Assembly (NCBI RefSeq): GCF_964194025.1
Contig: NC_134468.1
Coordinates: 71,548,001 to 71,612,000 of the forward strand
From: Convolutriloba macropyga
Lineage: Eukaryota
Length of the DNA stretch: 64,000 nt
Direction of reading: 5' to 3'
Shown: positions 1-13,328 of the stretch, in pieces
How positions within the stretch are numbered: the first letter of the stretch is position 1
How the letters are laid out: every line of letters starts with the position of its first letter
Translations under genes and position numbers: made by a program
The notes under the pieces: generated by a model
What the model was told of the DNA's origin: nothing
Seen by the model: only the letters and a program-made list of their open reading frames with translations
Database searches by the model: none

Positions 1-1034
1 CTTCTTTCTTTGCAGAAATGAATTGTGAATAGAATTGTGTAAATGAATTGTGTATACAGAATTCATTTCTGCAAATAAAGAACGGCGAGAAGTTTCTAGC
101 AGCTTTTCTATAGTCAACATGAAGTGCTATGAAGAATCCTTGATCATTCTTCTTCTTCTTGCAAAGATAAACAGCATCTTGTCTGCAGATGATACTTCCA
201 AGATCATTGCTAGATAATTGCCAGCTGTTGACTTGTATAGCACGCTATAGAGAAACTTTCGAAACCGTATAACTCTTCATTAAGCCGACAAAAACGTTCA
301 TTTTCCTCGAGTAAATCTCTAGACACTTCTCTTACTAAAACCGGATAACAAAGTGTCAATTAGACCTAAATGATTGGTAGAAAACCTAATTAATAAATAA
401 TCATGTTACTAATTAAGAATTAGTAAGACAATTTGTGAAAGACAAAGAACTAATTAGCATTAATCGATAAATTGGATAATGAAAAATTTGGTTTCAAAAT
501 TGGACCTTAGGGGAGAAGTAATATAAATCGAAGAAAAAAGTTGTAGGTAATTGAATCTGTTGTCACTGAAGTATAAACCCCAAAATGAACGTTCTGCTTC
601 AAAGGAGTAATTTTTTAATGTTTTTCCAAAATTATCATATTTGCATGGCATACAATCATCTTAACGTTGTCAAAGATGCTACGAATTTTCACAAACTCGG
701 TAGATACCATCATATTTTACACAAAAGTAATTCTTATCAGATGTTAAACACTAAGAGTGAACAATGGAGTTAAAATTTCTAAGTTTATTTTAATTGCAGC
801 TATTAATTTTGAACTGCTTTTGTTATACTAAATTGGTAAATGAAGAGATTGATTTTCAATCAAATTGCAACTGAATGGTTGTTTGTGGTCTTTAAGTCGT
901 AACCTAGACGTAGTAACTAGTGCCTTAAAATAGTGCCTTAATGGCGAAATTTCGCGATCGTAAAAACACATATAAGTACTAATTAGTGTACAGGTTAAAA
1001 TTGAAAGAAAAAAGAAGCAAAAGATAGTGGAAGC

Positions 1035-1575
1035 ACCACAACCACAAACTTCACGACCACCACCACTACCACTACCACCACCACCACAAACAGCAACACC
1101 ACCACCTGCACAGGGTTGACGCCACCAGCAACGTCACCACCGTCACCACCACCCTCACCAACACCACCATCACCGCCGCTAACGCCATGGGCGCCTCCGC
1201 CGCTGCTATCACAACCACCTTCACCACCACCATTATCACCAACGCCGCCACCACCACCACGACCACCTTCACCAAGACCACCACCACTGCCACCACCACC
1301 ACCTCCTCCACCACCACCAACACGACCACCTTCACCACCACCACCAACGCTGCCACCACCGCCACAACCAGAACTTCCACCGCCACCACCACCACCTTCA
1401 CAACCACCACAACCATCTTGACCACCACTACCGCCACCGTCGCCGCAACGACCTCCCCCCTCACCACCGCCACCACTATCATCTCCACCACCACCACCCT
1501 CACCTTCACCACCACCACCGCCACCACCACTACCACCACCACCATCACTACCGCCACCACCAAATTACGCCACCC
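1035..1575. repeat. Degenerate (CCA/ACC)n trinucleotide low-complexity tract
   Basis: About 540 bp dominated by CCA/CAC/ACC triplets; produces poly-Pro, poly-Thr and poly-Val ORFs in three frames. Confidence 0.85.
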
Positions 1576-2063
1576 CACTTACCTCAAAATGGGAGTGTTT
1601 TAGGGAGTTCTTTCGAAAACTCTGTCACCCGCGAAACCACTCTTCAAGTAGCTATTCAAGTTCTCTGAATAATGTTTGTTGATTTTCGTTTGGGTAACTT
1701 TTCAATTTTTTAGGTTACAAGTTTTCAGGAAACCAGTTATTTAAATGTTTCGCACAACCAAAATTTGCCACCAAAACAAACAATGAATCAAAGCATTGAA
1801 TCAAGAAAGCAAATTTCTTTAAAATCAATATCAATATTTAGCTAGTTGCGTCTTAATCAGGGGGCTAGAAGGCATGAAACGTTTCTAAGATTGCTTCTAT
1901 TGTGAGTTACAAATTATAAGCGAGCATTCAAACTCCAATTTTACAGCAACTACGTCAAAGTTTTATCAACTAAATAATTTTTTTGCTGTTCAGTTCTGCA
2001 TCTGTTTTTGAACAACTTTGTACTTGTTCAAGTCATGTCAATTTTGTGTTGTGTTTCATTTAT

Positions 2064-5000
2064 TCACAGTTTGTCCTCAAGTGACCATGCCTCATGTTCC
2101 TTATTATGGAGAGGAGGAATTGGGCTTTCCGGGGGTGCAAAGGCACCAGCATAGTATGGCGGTGGGCTGATTTGGGCAACTTTGTCAGACAACTTCTGAC
2201 TAGGCACTTCATCTGTCGGCTTCACTCGTTTACCTGAAAAATTATGAGTATCTTGAACTATTTGTTTCTACTTTGTGTCGACTTCAAAATCACACGAAAC
2301 AACGGCGATCAATAATGAGGGAGAAACAGGGAGGATTTTAAAATTAGAAAATAAATTTCATTTTCTTGTGGTTCGGATGAATTTCAGCAATAATCTTGTA
2401 AAGGTTAAATATAATGAAGGGCATTTGTTTACTAGAGAGTGTGAACCTTTCTGTACGACCTTCCAAGATTAATTCTGACAAGATCTTCCAAAATAACTAT
2501 GACTCACAAGACGTAACAAGATTACTACCGTCTTGCAAAATTTGATAAGAAAATCTCCACCATGCATAATCTTCAGATATTTGCTACGATTTGATTGTCT
2601 ACAACAAGATTGGCTACTTCCTAAATGATGGCTACGTTTTTTCAAGACTTTCAAAGTTATCTCTAGGAAATATCTTTCATGATTAACTTCGTCTTGCAAG
2701 ATTTACGCAAAAATGTTTCCTTCCTTAAAAAATCTCACTGGAAGAAATCCTCTTTTTTAATAATGTTTTTTTTAAATAAAGCCACCTTGCGAGCTATCAA
2801 AGAATACTTCCATCTTTCTGGATATTACTGGAAAAACTTAGCCCTGCTAGATATATCAAGAACGATACCACAAGTTATTACTGGATTAACTTGATAACGC
2901 AAAAACTTAGTAGAGCGATGTCGTGTTCGAATTGTCCAATATTAGGTTGCTCTTTCATGAAATTACGAGACCAGTGCCATCTTTGAAGATCTTTAAATGT
3001 CACCTCTGCCCTGCGAAATCCATTACGCCGGAAAACTTACACAAAAACAAGCAAATTTGCTTAATTTTGTCGGGGTTTTGTCACTGCCCATGTTTTAAAA
3101 TCAGAGTTTAAAGTGAACGTGATGGGTAGTGGCAGTAAAGTGGTTTTAGATCAAATTTGCAAAAAATAGGAAATATGCGTCACATTTGTCCACGGTGAGA
3201 GTTTTTGGAGCTATAGTCGTACAAATAATGCTAACAAAGTGCCAATTAAGCAGACACCAAAGAAGGCCTAATTGATTTTTTTTCAGACAATAGTATTTTT
3301 CATTTTGATAACTGAGTATTAAAGAGGCAAATACTTGATTTTAACGTACTCATAATATGGTAATTAACAAAATTTAGTTTCTGAATTAGGTCTTATATCA
3401 TCATCAATAAAATTGAAAACTCAAGGTTTAGGCTAATTGAATGCAAAAAAGACGGGAGAAAATCGTGACATAAATAGTGGACAAAGGTGACGAGGTATTT
3501 TTCACATATGTCCACGATCTGGTCAAATCGGCTGAAAAGGGCCAGATGTACGTTTTGAGGCGTAATGTCATTAAATATTTACTTTGTCTAACAGTCTTAA
3601 GATTTTTTAAACCAGAACGTTCTACAAGATATTCCATATTTTACCCGGTCTTGTAAAATTTTTCCATAATAATTTTCGTTAAGTAGTTTCTTTCAAGAAT
3701 TTCCTCGTCTTCTAATTCTTTCTTAGATCAACTCCAGCTTCGGAAGATCTTCCATGATGTTAAAACTTGTGACAAGGTGTTATAAAGTTAAGTTTAGTTG
3801 CGAATAAATGTATTAAGAAATAGTAGGCACGTTGAAATGAATTTGAACCAGAGAAGGAAGATGCTCAAAGCAATCTCATCAAGAGATAGTTAATTTTTAA
3901 AATAATGAGGTTTTTGTTAGTGCTGTCATTACAGATTATTTTCATTCAAGCTTGAAATGTTTCGATGAGATCCTGATAAAACTTTTGGTATGAAAATTTG
4001 TATATGCACAAATTTGCTTGATCTTTGCTTGAATTTTAGGAAATTAAGAAATCACACGCAATCTTATGGAGGCTCGTACAGATTTATGAATAATTAGCTT
4101 GACAAAATGTTACTACAGCATCAGTGAAAGCACGAAAATGTGGCCATTTCAAGATCCCTGTCATTTAAGACCTCAAAAATTATATGTCATCAGCAAAACA
4201 ATAAGATCTTTAAAGGCCTGCCTTTTTTCTCAAATTGTTGGGCATTTGAAATTTGTACGTGTTTGCCAGATTTGTGCAAATGTTAAACAAGTTAACGCAG
4301 AAACGTTAAAATTGTGTCTGGTTCAGCACTTAGAGCGAGTGCGTTATTAGAGACAGACCAGTTTTGGTGACAACATAGCAGATGAGCATTCCAGCGATAA
4401 TGGCTGTTCCAAAGCACGCGGCAGCAACACACCACATTGCTATCATCATCAGCACCCTGAAAAATAATGGAAAACTATGGGGCATCCAGAAAGTTATACG
4501 GGAGAAAAAATATAAAGAAAAAATAAGGGAAGTTAAAAAGTTAAGGTACAAAAGTCCGAATTGTACCAAATTAAGGAACGCAGTTTTTGGCATGAAATAC
4601 ATTTTTTATTCAACAATTCACGGAAAAATTTAAAATAAATTGAAAATGATCTGAAACATTATGATTTCATCGATACTGCTGATAACAGCTCGCGGGAAAA
4701 TTATCAAAGCCTGAGTCCTTAAATAAATTTCCATCTGCGTAGGCGGTTCTTTAATTGGACCCTTGTGACCCCCCCCCCCCCAGCTAATTGGTTGATTATT
4801 AATTGCAACCCCCAGCGCACGTGCAATATTATCACGTAGTGGTTTACTATGGAATGGCATGTTTTCGATAACTGGTGGGTGACATAACATACTGGGGGGT
4901 ATAAACCAAAAGATCCCTTTAATCATCGGTGTTAGCGTTTAAGAAGTTGGAATTAAAATAGGAAGCTACTGTCAATGAAATTTACCCGTCACAAGATTCG

Positions 5001-7537
5001 CCGCACTTTCCATCACAGCATATGACTTCGTCGAGGTTCAAAAGAGCGGATCTGTACTGGCACTTATTATCGGATTCGCAATTTGAACTCAGGTCAAACC
5101 AGTCAAATGGGATCCAATCGTCATCGAACTTGATGCCATTGTCGGGCAAAATGTCTGGTTTAGATGGGTCGGGCTGGACGGGTTCATAAGAAGAGTGTGG
5201 ATAACTAGGACTATGTGAAGAGGGGTAGCTGGATCCGTACGAAGAGTATGGATAGCTGGATCCGTACGAAGAGTATGGATAGCTGGATCCGTACGAAGAG
5301 TATGGATAGCTGGATCCGTACGAAGAGTATGGATAGCTGGATCCGTACGAAGAGTATGGATAGCTGGATCCGTACGAAGAGTATGGATAGCTGGATCCGT
5401 ACGAAGAGTATGGATAGCTGGATCCGTACGAAGAGTATGGATAGCTGGATCCGTACGAAGAGTATGGATAGCTGGATCCGTACGAAGAGTATGGATAGCT
5501 GGATCCATAGTAATACCATGGGTAGCTGGAATCATAGGAGTAATGATAGCTCGACCCATAATAATAGTACGAATTGCTTGAATAGTAAGAATTCCCGCCA
5601 TCACTGTAGTAGCTTCCATAGTAGAAGTATTGTAGGAATGGCCAATACCAGTCAGGCCACAAAGTTGAGTCCTCATACAGTGGACAGTCGCCTTTGGGAC
5701 CAACGGACATTCCTCCTGCACAGGGGTCGAAAGATGGGTAGCTGTTGTATGAATCTGGATATTGGTCCGTATTATCACCGGCATCGTTATCAGGATCGGA
5801 ATTTTGGTTGTTGTTATTATTTTCGGAATCTGTGTTATCATTATCATCATCGTTGCCATCACCGCCATTATCATCGTCGTTGTCATCATCATTAGCATCA
5901 TCGTTGTCATCGTCATTATCATCATCGTTCTCATCATCATTAGCATCATCGTTGTCATTGTCATTATCATCATCGTTCTCATCGTCATTATCATCATCGT
6001 TGTCATCGTCATTATCATCATCGTTGTCATCGTCATTATCATCATCGGTGTCATCGTCATTATCATCATCGTTGTCATCGTCATTATCATCATCGTTGTC
6101 ATCGTCATTATCTTCATCGTTCTCATCGTCATTATCATCACCATCGTTGTCATCGTCATTATCATCATCGTTGTCATCGTCCTTATCATCATCGTTTTCA
6201 TCGTCATTATCATCATCGTTGTCATCGTCATTATCATCATCGTTGTCATCGTCATTATCATCATCGTTGTCATCGTCATTATCATCGTCGTTGTCATCGT
6301 CATCATCAAAGAGATCATCCAAGTATTCCTCATAGATTTCGTACCAATCACCGAAAAAGTCTTCCCAGTTATACCAGGGATCAGAAGAATCGAAGTAGCT
6401 CTCAAGCCAAGTCTGCCAACTGTCGTCTGGTGCCCAGAACCACTCATAGTGATCTGTGTCTGGGTTTGCAAAATGCCAATGACCCACTGGATTCTCGCGA
6501 TCATGGCCTCGACCTCCTCCACCGCCTCTATTGCCAGCATTGCGACCTCCACCTCTATTTCTTCCACCACCACGGTTTCCTCCACCCTCTCCATTTCTAT
6601 CTTCGCTTCTTCCACCATCCCGGTTTCTTCCACCGTTTCTATCTCTTCTTCCACCGCCTCCGCCTCGGTATAACTCTCCAAGGTCAATTATTAGTGCGAA
6701 AACCACGACTGAAAAAGTGACTTCCTTTGAAAACGTTATGCACAAAAAAGCAACCAAAAGTAAAAATTAACTGCATTATTTTTTTTGAAGCGAGTGCTGT
6801 ATTGAGTTGCATTATCATACCGGGTTGCCGGTCAAACACAAATCCCAGTCAAATCATACAAGGTCGTATATGAATCCCGGTATTTATAAAGGTTTGAGCA
6901 TGATTTGTATGATTTCCAGGGAATCGTAAAATTCGTTGTAAAATTTGAACTGACGTAGTTTAGATGTGGGTGTCGGGTCTTATTATCCCTAGTTCGATAT
7001 CACACTATCCGAGTATTTGTACAAGGTCATAACTGATTATATGATTTCCTGGTATCTGTATGAGGTTCGAACAAAGAAATAGCATATGAATTGTATGACA
7101 CCATATCTTTTTAATATTACTAAAAAATGGCAGCCCGGTGTGTAATGGTTGCAGCAATAAATTCGCTCACTTTATGGCCAGATTGTGTTCTAATATCTTT
7201 TCTGTTCATCTCTTTTTTGTTCATGTACAGATTTTCCCTTAAATTACCTGAGCTGGAACTAAAATGAACAATGTATATATTTTTGATAATTTTTTTTCTT
7301 TTCTTTTTGCATATCTTTCAAAACAATGTTATTGATTATAACTTAGATAAAAAGCTTGCAGGAAGTATGTATAGAAATTATCCAGTAGCATATAGGTGTT
7401 TATTTTGTTTACCACAATTTCAATGAAGCAAACAGTCTGATTAACGGAAAAAAATCTCATCTTAATTTTTTTTAGTTTCTAGTTTTTTGTTTTAGGAAAG
7501 TTTTTTTTTTACCTGCCAGAAGAAATTTTCCTCCCAT
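2064..7537 (-). CDS. Shisa/WBP1-like type I membrane protein, paralog A (about 671 aa, 4 exons: 7537-7513, 6708-4986, 4456-4359, 2233-2064)
   Basis: Manual splicing with GT..AG introns of phase 1,2,1 gives an open frame: signal peptide MGGKFLLAVVVFALIIDLG; G/R-rich, W-rich, D/N-repeat and YGSSYPYSS-repeat segments; Cys module CESDNKCQYRSALL..CCDGKCGESC; TM exon VLMMIAMWCVAAACFGTAIIAGMLICYVV; tail with SPPPY. AATAAA overlaps the TGA stop. The apparent stop of track ORF 4982..6757 lies in the donor GG|GTAAAT. Confidence 0.8.
5226..5506 (-). repeat. Perfect 27-bp coding tandem repeat (about 10.4 units) encoding YGSSYPYSS
   Basis: Unit TAGCTGGATCCGTACGAAGAGTATGGA; 11 GGATCC sites at 27-bp spacing from 5231 to 5501; no spacers. 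Confidence 0.95.
5835..6308 (-). repeat. 12/24-bp coding repeat encoding (DDDN)n acidic tract
   Basis: Repeated TCATCGTTGTCATCGTCATTATCA on the + strand; about 155 codons almost entirely Asp/Asn in exon 2 of paralog A. Confidence 0.9.
6818..7140. mobile_element. Small MITE-like element in intron 1 of paralog A
   Basis: Imperfect terminal inverted repeats TACCGGGTTGCC (6818) and GGCAGCCCGGTG (ending 7140); non-coding interior. Confidence 0.5.
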
Positions 7538-8669
7538 CACGTCTGTTGTCTAATTTTAGAAAACAATTTACTATCTTCTGCTCTCGTGACTTGAAAACTT
7601 TGATAAAATTATAAACACAATTTGAAAACCGCTCTAAAGTTGGCTCGTTAACCAAATCTTTGACGTAAGCTTTTTGTTCAAAAGCAATTAATTTTACTTC
7701 TAGCTAATGAACAATTTGATGTTTCTTGTTTAACCAAATTGGACTTTTTTGAATAAAATTTTTGTTTGAAAGATCAAATTTTTGAGCAATTTTTAACTGC
7801 AGAATTTTGCATGCGTAAAAAGCAAAGGAGAGTTTAATCTAGTTCGAATGCTGTCAACTTAAACGATATTATCGAGAGGCCAATTTAAAGACCATCATTT
7901 AAAGAAACTCGAAGGGTAGAACAATGCTGAATTTTCGTAGCTTTCAATGAATCGAGACGATAAGGCGCTGTCTTCAGAGCATGTACGCAGTCATGTTAGA
8001 ACCCTCCTCCAAGAGAGTTATAAAAGTAGACAAAGGCTGGCAACATTTCGTAATCAAAAGTCAAAAGAATTTGAGCTTGCATACTTATTTTTTGACACTT
8101 ACTTTTTGTTTATAATACATGGCTTAGCTCTGTTTGGTTGAGCAACTTTTGTTGCCTACTTGAATTTTCTTGCGCCGTTGATAAATTGAAATGTTAACGT
8201 TTAGTAAAAACTTAAATTACACCGATTTGAAAAACTTTTTCTCTCGTGAAACTTTGGTAAAATTTCGGATCAAAAACTCTAAAGTAACTATATCACAAGA
8301 AAATGAATAAAAATTAGAAGTATTCAAGCAGACATTTTTAGAGTTTTAGACAACGAATTTTCCATGCGAGTAGCCATTTTTCTAATCTGAAAGTCAAATT
8401 TACGCCTAACGAATTTCGGGTTGTACGCAAAGAGAGTCTCCGGGAAGCTAGGAAAAGCTAAATGAAAAGATATTGCAACAAGGATGCCCTTTATATATAT
8501 ATTGCAACTCGGAAGCGTTGTATAGAGCATAGATGACATTGGAAAAAATTAACAATTAGTTACTTGGAATGCGAAGCCTGATTGGTCCCAAAAAGTGCAA
8601 ATGAGTGTAATTTTCTTGTAACAAGTTTTGATAATGAGAGGATGTACATTAAATTTAAGAAAAACAAGG

Positions 8670-11510
8670 AGGCTCGGTAATGTGAGTACGCACATAATGT
8701 TCCGACCCCGCTCATCCTTGACTAAATTGGCTACCAAATGAAAGCGAAAAATTTAAAAAACATACATATTGATCAATAAACCACAAACGGGATACATTAA
8801 AGCTACGCTATAGGGCCGATTGCACCTGTTGTTAAAAGGACTACAAGAAAATGCAGTAATGAAATTCAAATAACAAACATTAATTACGATCAAAACTCGA
8901 TGTCTCTATTAAAAAAATAACAAAATCAAAATCGCATCAGTTAAAACCCGATACAAAACAAAATAGGCTATAATTCATTAGAAAAGTTTTTGGAACTGTC
9001 CTCAATGCGACTTGGTAACAGATCGCCGAAAAATATCAAAAAGCTGCGAAGTTCAAAAATACGTTTCCATATTTAAAAACAATTTTTTCCAAATCCAATG
9101 GGACCTACCATTAACGTCACAATTACAATTTAAAAAGTAAACAAAAACACTTTGAAATGTACAAATATAAAAAAATCTCAAATATTTTATAAAATTTCTT
9201 AATAAGAGTAGTAACAATGCCACGAAAAAAAGGATTTAAACTAAAATTGTTATAAAGAAGGAAATATAACTTAATGGAAACGCGTTATTACCTGTCTTTA
9301 CAGAAACTAAGCTGCAAATGGACCGAAAAATTATTTAAAAAATGGCGAAGATAAAAAATCCAAATATGTCTTTGAAAACATTTTCGAAAGCCGTGAAAAA
9401 GATAGGATTTCAAAAAGTTTATCAATTAGATTGCAACACCTCAGGAAGCACATTGCGCTGTTTACTAATGAGACTAAGTCACAAGACTACAAAAGAAAAA
9501 CAAATACATGCGGAAGCCCAATTTTCACATACAATTTTACGACATCAGTGTTAATTTTGTTTGTTATCAGGGTTGTTATCTGCAAGAACTTTAAATTGTT
9601 ACTTACTTCTAATCTTAACATCAACGGGTCTTCTTCATGAAAGGACTATGTAGACATCACAACAAAAAAAGACCCAAAGTTTGCTCAGTAGAGAAATCTC
9701 AAAAGTTTTTTTGAAACTAAATAGTCGAAGCCATCACTCAAAACATCTAACCAAGCTCAAAAATAATCTTTGAAAAGACAAAACAAGTTGAGACTCCTTA
9801 TTAGTGAGTTTGAATACATGATGACAAAAAAGCAGAAAAGTACATTGAAAACAATTTTAAAAAAAAAGTCTAATTTGAAAGTCATTGACACAAATAGCTA
9901 TAATCTGAAGTCTTTGAAATGTTTCAATTATACCGCCTGGAGATGCAATTGAGACCTATCATTATCAGTATATGTCGTACAGCAACAACACGAAAGACAA
10001 ACATAGGCAAAGATTGAAAACTCAACTAACTTTTGGGAGAGAACTGCGTCTCAGCCAAAAAGCATAAAAAATTCAACAAAAACAATAAAAATTTTCAGAT
10101 ACGCCTTTCTGAGCGCTTCTGTAGTGTTCTCAATTATTTTTTATTTCAGTTGAACCTGTCAATAATGAGATAATTCGACAAAGAAACAAAATGAACTTAT
10201 AAAATGGTCAATTATGCTCAAAAAACAATAAAAAAATGAAAACTCGTAGTATCAAAACAAATAAACATTCAGTTATTTCTAAAACAAATAAAAACAATAG
10301 TTCATTACTCAGAACAAATGAGTTCTTTCCGTTTTCACTTAGACTACACCTTAAGTTGAGAAAAATAAGAAAAATTAGTTCAAAAGTTCTAAAAAGAACA
10401 GTTACTTTCTTAAAACAGATGATTTCACGGTCATAAGAGGCATTAGATAAGAAGTGAAAACAATGTCCAGGTTCTCATTTTTCTTTCTAAAAAATAAATT
10501 TGATCTTTGTTTGGGGAGGCTAAGTCATTTCACCACAAAAAGCATAACAAATGAAAGCGAAGCATAAGAAATCCTTAAAATTTTACGAAAACAATTTGTC
10601 AGCCATAAAAACCATGAGCTCAATAATGGAAAAATGGGGCCTCTGTCATTGGGGCTTCTTTTTCGTAAACGGTATCTATCAGCAATTGAGTCCTGATTTG
10701 ATATGCTGGTCAGTAGTTTACATAAAAAACTATAAATGCAGAAAACTTTTTTTAAGAAAGGCAGCTCCCCAAAAAATAAACTGAAAATTTTTTAAATTTA
10801 CGGATCCATGCTGAGATCAAGATCAACCCTGATTTTGCTGACTGGCTGAAAATACCCTCATTTGTAAGAAAAAAGGTTGCGAAAAAGATCTTTTTTAAAA
10901 ACACAATTTTTCTGTATATCGAAATAATAATGAATTTTGTTTATTTTATCGAGTTTAAAATTATCAGAAACTTATAATTTCATAATTCGAGAAGAATCTT
11001 AAGACTGGCGGGAGTAGAAATAGCTCTTTTTGAGCTTACAGAGGATATGAGCGCAATTTCAAGTGTCCACATTCAGCACATTTGAAGAAGGTGGGCTAAA
11101 AAGCGTAATTGCTCCCAATTTTAACGAAAAAGTCTTGATTTTTGAAGAAATGTAACATTAATTCAGGTCAAAAACAAGAAGCGAACAATTGAGCAAGCCT
11201 GCCATATCTTTGAAGATGAAATAAAACACTGGCGCCAACACTTTTAATATGTTTTTAATCCAGAATTTAACGAAAATTTAACGAAAAATGGAAAAAATAC
11301 GGAGAATGTGAATTAAATCAAGGTAATATCGTCTGCTCTTCACAAAATTTCAAACCTCAATAACTCCTTTTAAAAATCGAAAATCAAAAAATCTTTTTAA
11401 TTCCAAACTCTACGCTGGACGGGATTTCTAATGATACCACTCACAACTCTCTACGACGGTTATATCGATCGGTCAAAATTGCCTGAACATTTGAGTATAT
11501 AGTTCCTCCC
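8670..11510 (+). repeat. Old interspersed repeat, copy 1 (probable non-autonomous DNA transposon or composite)
   Basis: Starts GGCTCGGTAATGTG..GCACATAA.GTTCCGACCCCGCTC like 13329 and 63145. Its distal part (GCTGGACGG..ATCGATCGGTCAAAATTG..CATTTGAGTATATAGTTCC) matches about 15835-15935. Boundaries approximate. Confidence 0.55.
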
Positions 11511-12372
11511 CCACCAAAATGGGTCGGACCAAAAATGAAATCCAGGCCGAAAATGTTAAAGATAAAATTTTCAGCGTAAATGTATTTTGATTCAAAGTTT
11601 TTCCAGTTTATAAAAGCAAAACATTCAAAAGGGGTTTGCAATCCAAAATTGTTTGAATGGAAAGAATTTTTTTTCACGATATTTGAATGAAAAATAACAA
11701 CCTAACAAAACAGAGAAAAGATTAAATAATTTTGCTAAGTCACTGCTTCTCCCTAATACTTTTTTTTGTTTTTTTTGTTGACATTCAATCATTAAGAAAC
11801 TTGAATAACAGAGGATTTGGAAAAGCATAGTGCATGAATTGAAAACAATTTAGTACCACCCATGCAAAAAATCAAAAACATTTCAAGTGCAAATTGGTTT
11901 GATGATGAACTGCGAAAGACTCTGGTTTAAAATATTTGTCAATAGTTTTGTTTGAACAAAATGCTTAATCAAAATGAAAGCTCTCATAATTATGAAATCT
12001 TATGTGAAACATGAACATTATTTGTGGAAAATTGGGAAAAGTTAACTGAATTTAGAATTGTCAAAAATCAACATTGTCAAAATGGAGCAAAAAAGAGGTA
12101 TTTTGTGGCAAAATTCTGTACAATTGTAGTCCCCTTTGTCTTTTTTATAAGAAAACAAAAAAATTGAAACGATTTGACCAGTTTTTGCAAAATAGATGGC
12201 ATTCAAAAATAGTTTTCAGCTAAATTAAGCAATGCGCATCCTTATTAATAGCATTAGCGTTGTTTGTTTTAGTTTAATCAATAGTAAAATAAATTGAAGA
12301 CACTATCAACCAAAAATATAGAGGTAGACAGAATTGTTTTATTGACAAAATACAAATTTGTAACTTTTGTTC

Positions 12373-12712
12373 AGTGAAATAGCCGAGAGGTAAGGTGTGT
12401 GTGGTTCACATGACAATGATTGGGAGTTCAATCCCCTACCTCCGTGAAGTTGTCTGTGTGAGGATGAGCTCTTACTTAACCATGGCTTCAGGTTGACCAT
12501 AGCCTGACCAATGTTGGCTGCAATGATGGTACCACGTGAAAGTTTCAGACGCAAAAAAGTGGCTATAGTCACCAAAAAAGAGCAATGCTGCTCATAAAAA
12601 GAGTAGTCTGAAATGTGGGGAATAACCAAAAAAGGGCAGCTGAAAACAGGCTACTGTAGGCCTAATGCTGTTCCGCTGCGAGTACGCAGAAACCACAACT
12701 ATTATTATTATT
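12373..12712 (+). mobile_element. tRNA-derived SINE
   Basis: A-box-like TAGCCGAGAGG at about 12380, B-box-like GAGTTCAATCCC at about 12424, about 270-bp body, (ATT)n tail at about 12699-12712. Confidence 0.6.
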
Positions 12713-13328
12713 AAATCAATAAAAATCGAAATCAGTAGCCAAATGACCAAAAACAAACGCAAGTAATTTATAGGCCATTTATTGTTTTCAAAACTTACAA
12801 TCCTTGATTTCAGAGCAGTTCTAATATCACATCAAAAAGCAGTGGAGGAGATAATCAATTTATTTACCCGAAATTTTCTTTCTGTAATAATACAAAAATT
12901 TTGTTTTGAAAGTAATGAACTAAAAATAATCGCCTGTTGTGCCAAGCGTAATTTTTGGCTTATGTATAGACGCGCAAGCGCAAATTACCACATTTTCAAA
13001 CATAATTATTAATTATAAATGTTAATTTTACAGATTGGTAAGTTTTCTAATGTTTCATTTCATCGAGAAACCTTAGGGATTTCATATGCTTTCAAATCAA
13101 TATAGGACCAGTCCATAACAAGGCTTATAACTTATGTTATATCTTTACGCTGCCATTTGTGTTATTTTTAGGCTCCTTGACCTATTTATACTCATTTGGA
13201 AAATCAGTGTTTTTTTTGCATTTTTTCCTCAAAATTCCTTCAATGATAGCTTTGCGCTTAACGAATTTATCTATGTTTCTTCTGCGGCTGATTAGAAAAC
13301 AGATCGCAAAATTGTTTGTCAACAAAGA

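Noticed and set aside
1072-1603. Poly-Val, poly-Pro and poly-Thr ORFs (extensin- or mucin-like)
   Set aside because: All three are frames of one CCA microsatellite-like tract; no signal peptide or splice context supports any of them.
5226-5506. 27-bp repeats as a CRISPR array
   Set aside because: Head-to-tail with no spacers, in-frame within a eukaryotic exon, and no cas genes.
5089-6770. Many overlapping long ORFs (532, 303, 226, 196 aa and others)
   Set aside because: Stop-free shadow frames of the 27-bp and 12/24-bp repeats; only the D/N frame splices to a signal peptide and TM exon.
12373-12445. Functional tRNA gene
   Set aside because: A/B boxes are present but no convincing cloverleaf or acceptor stem; it continues into a SINE-like body and tail.
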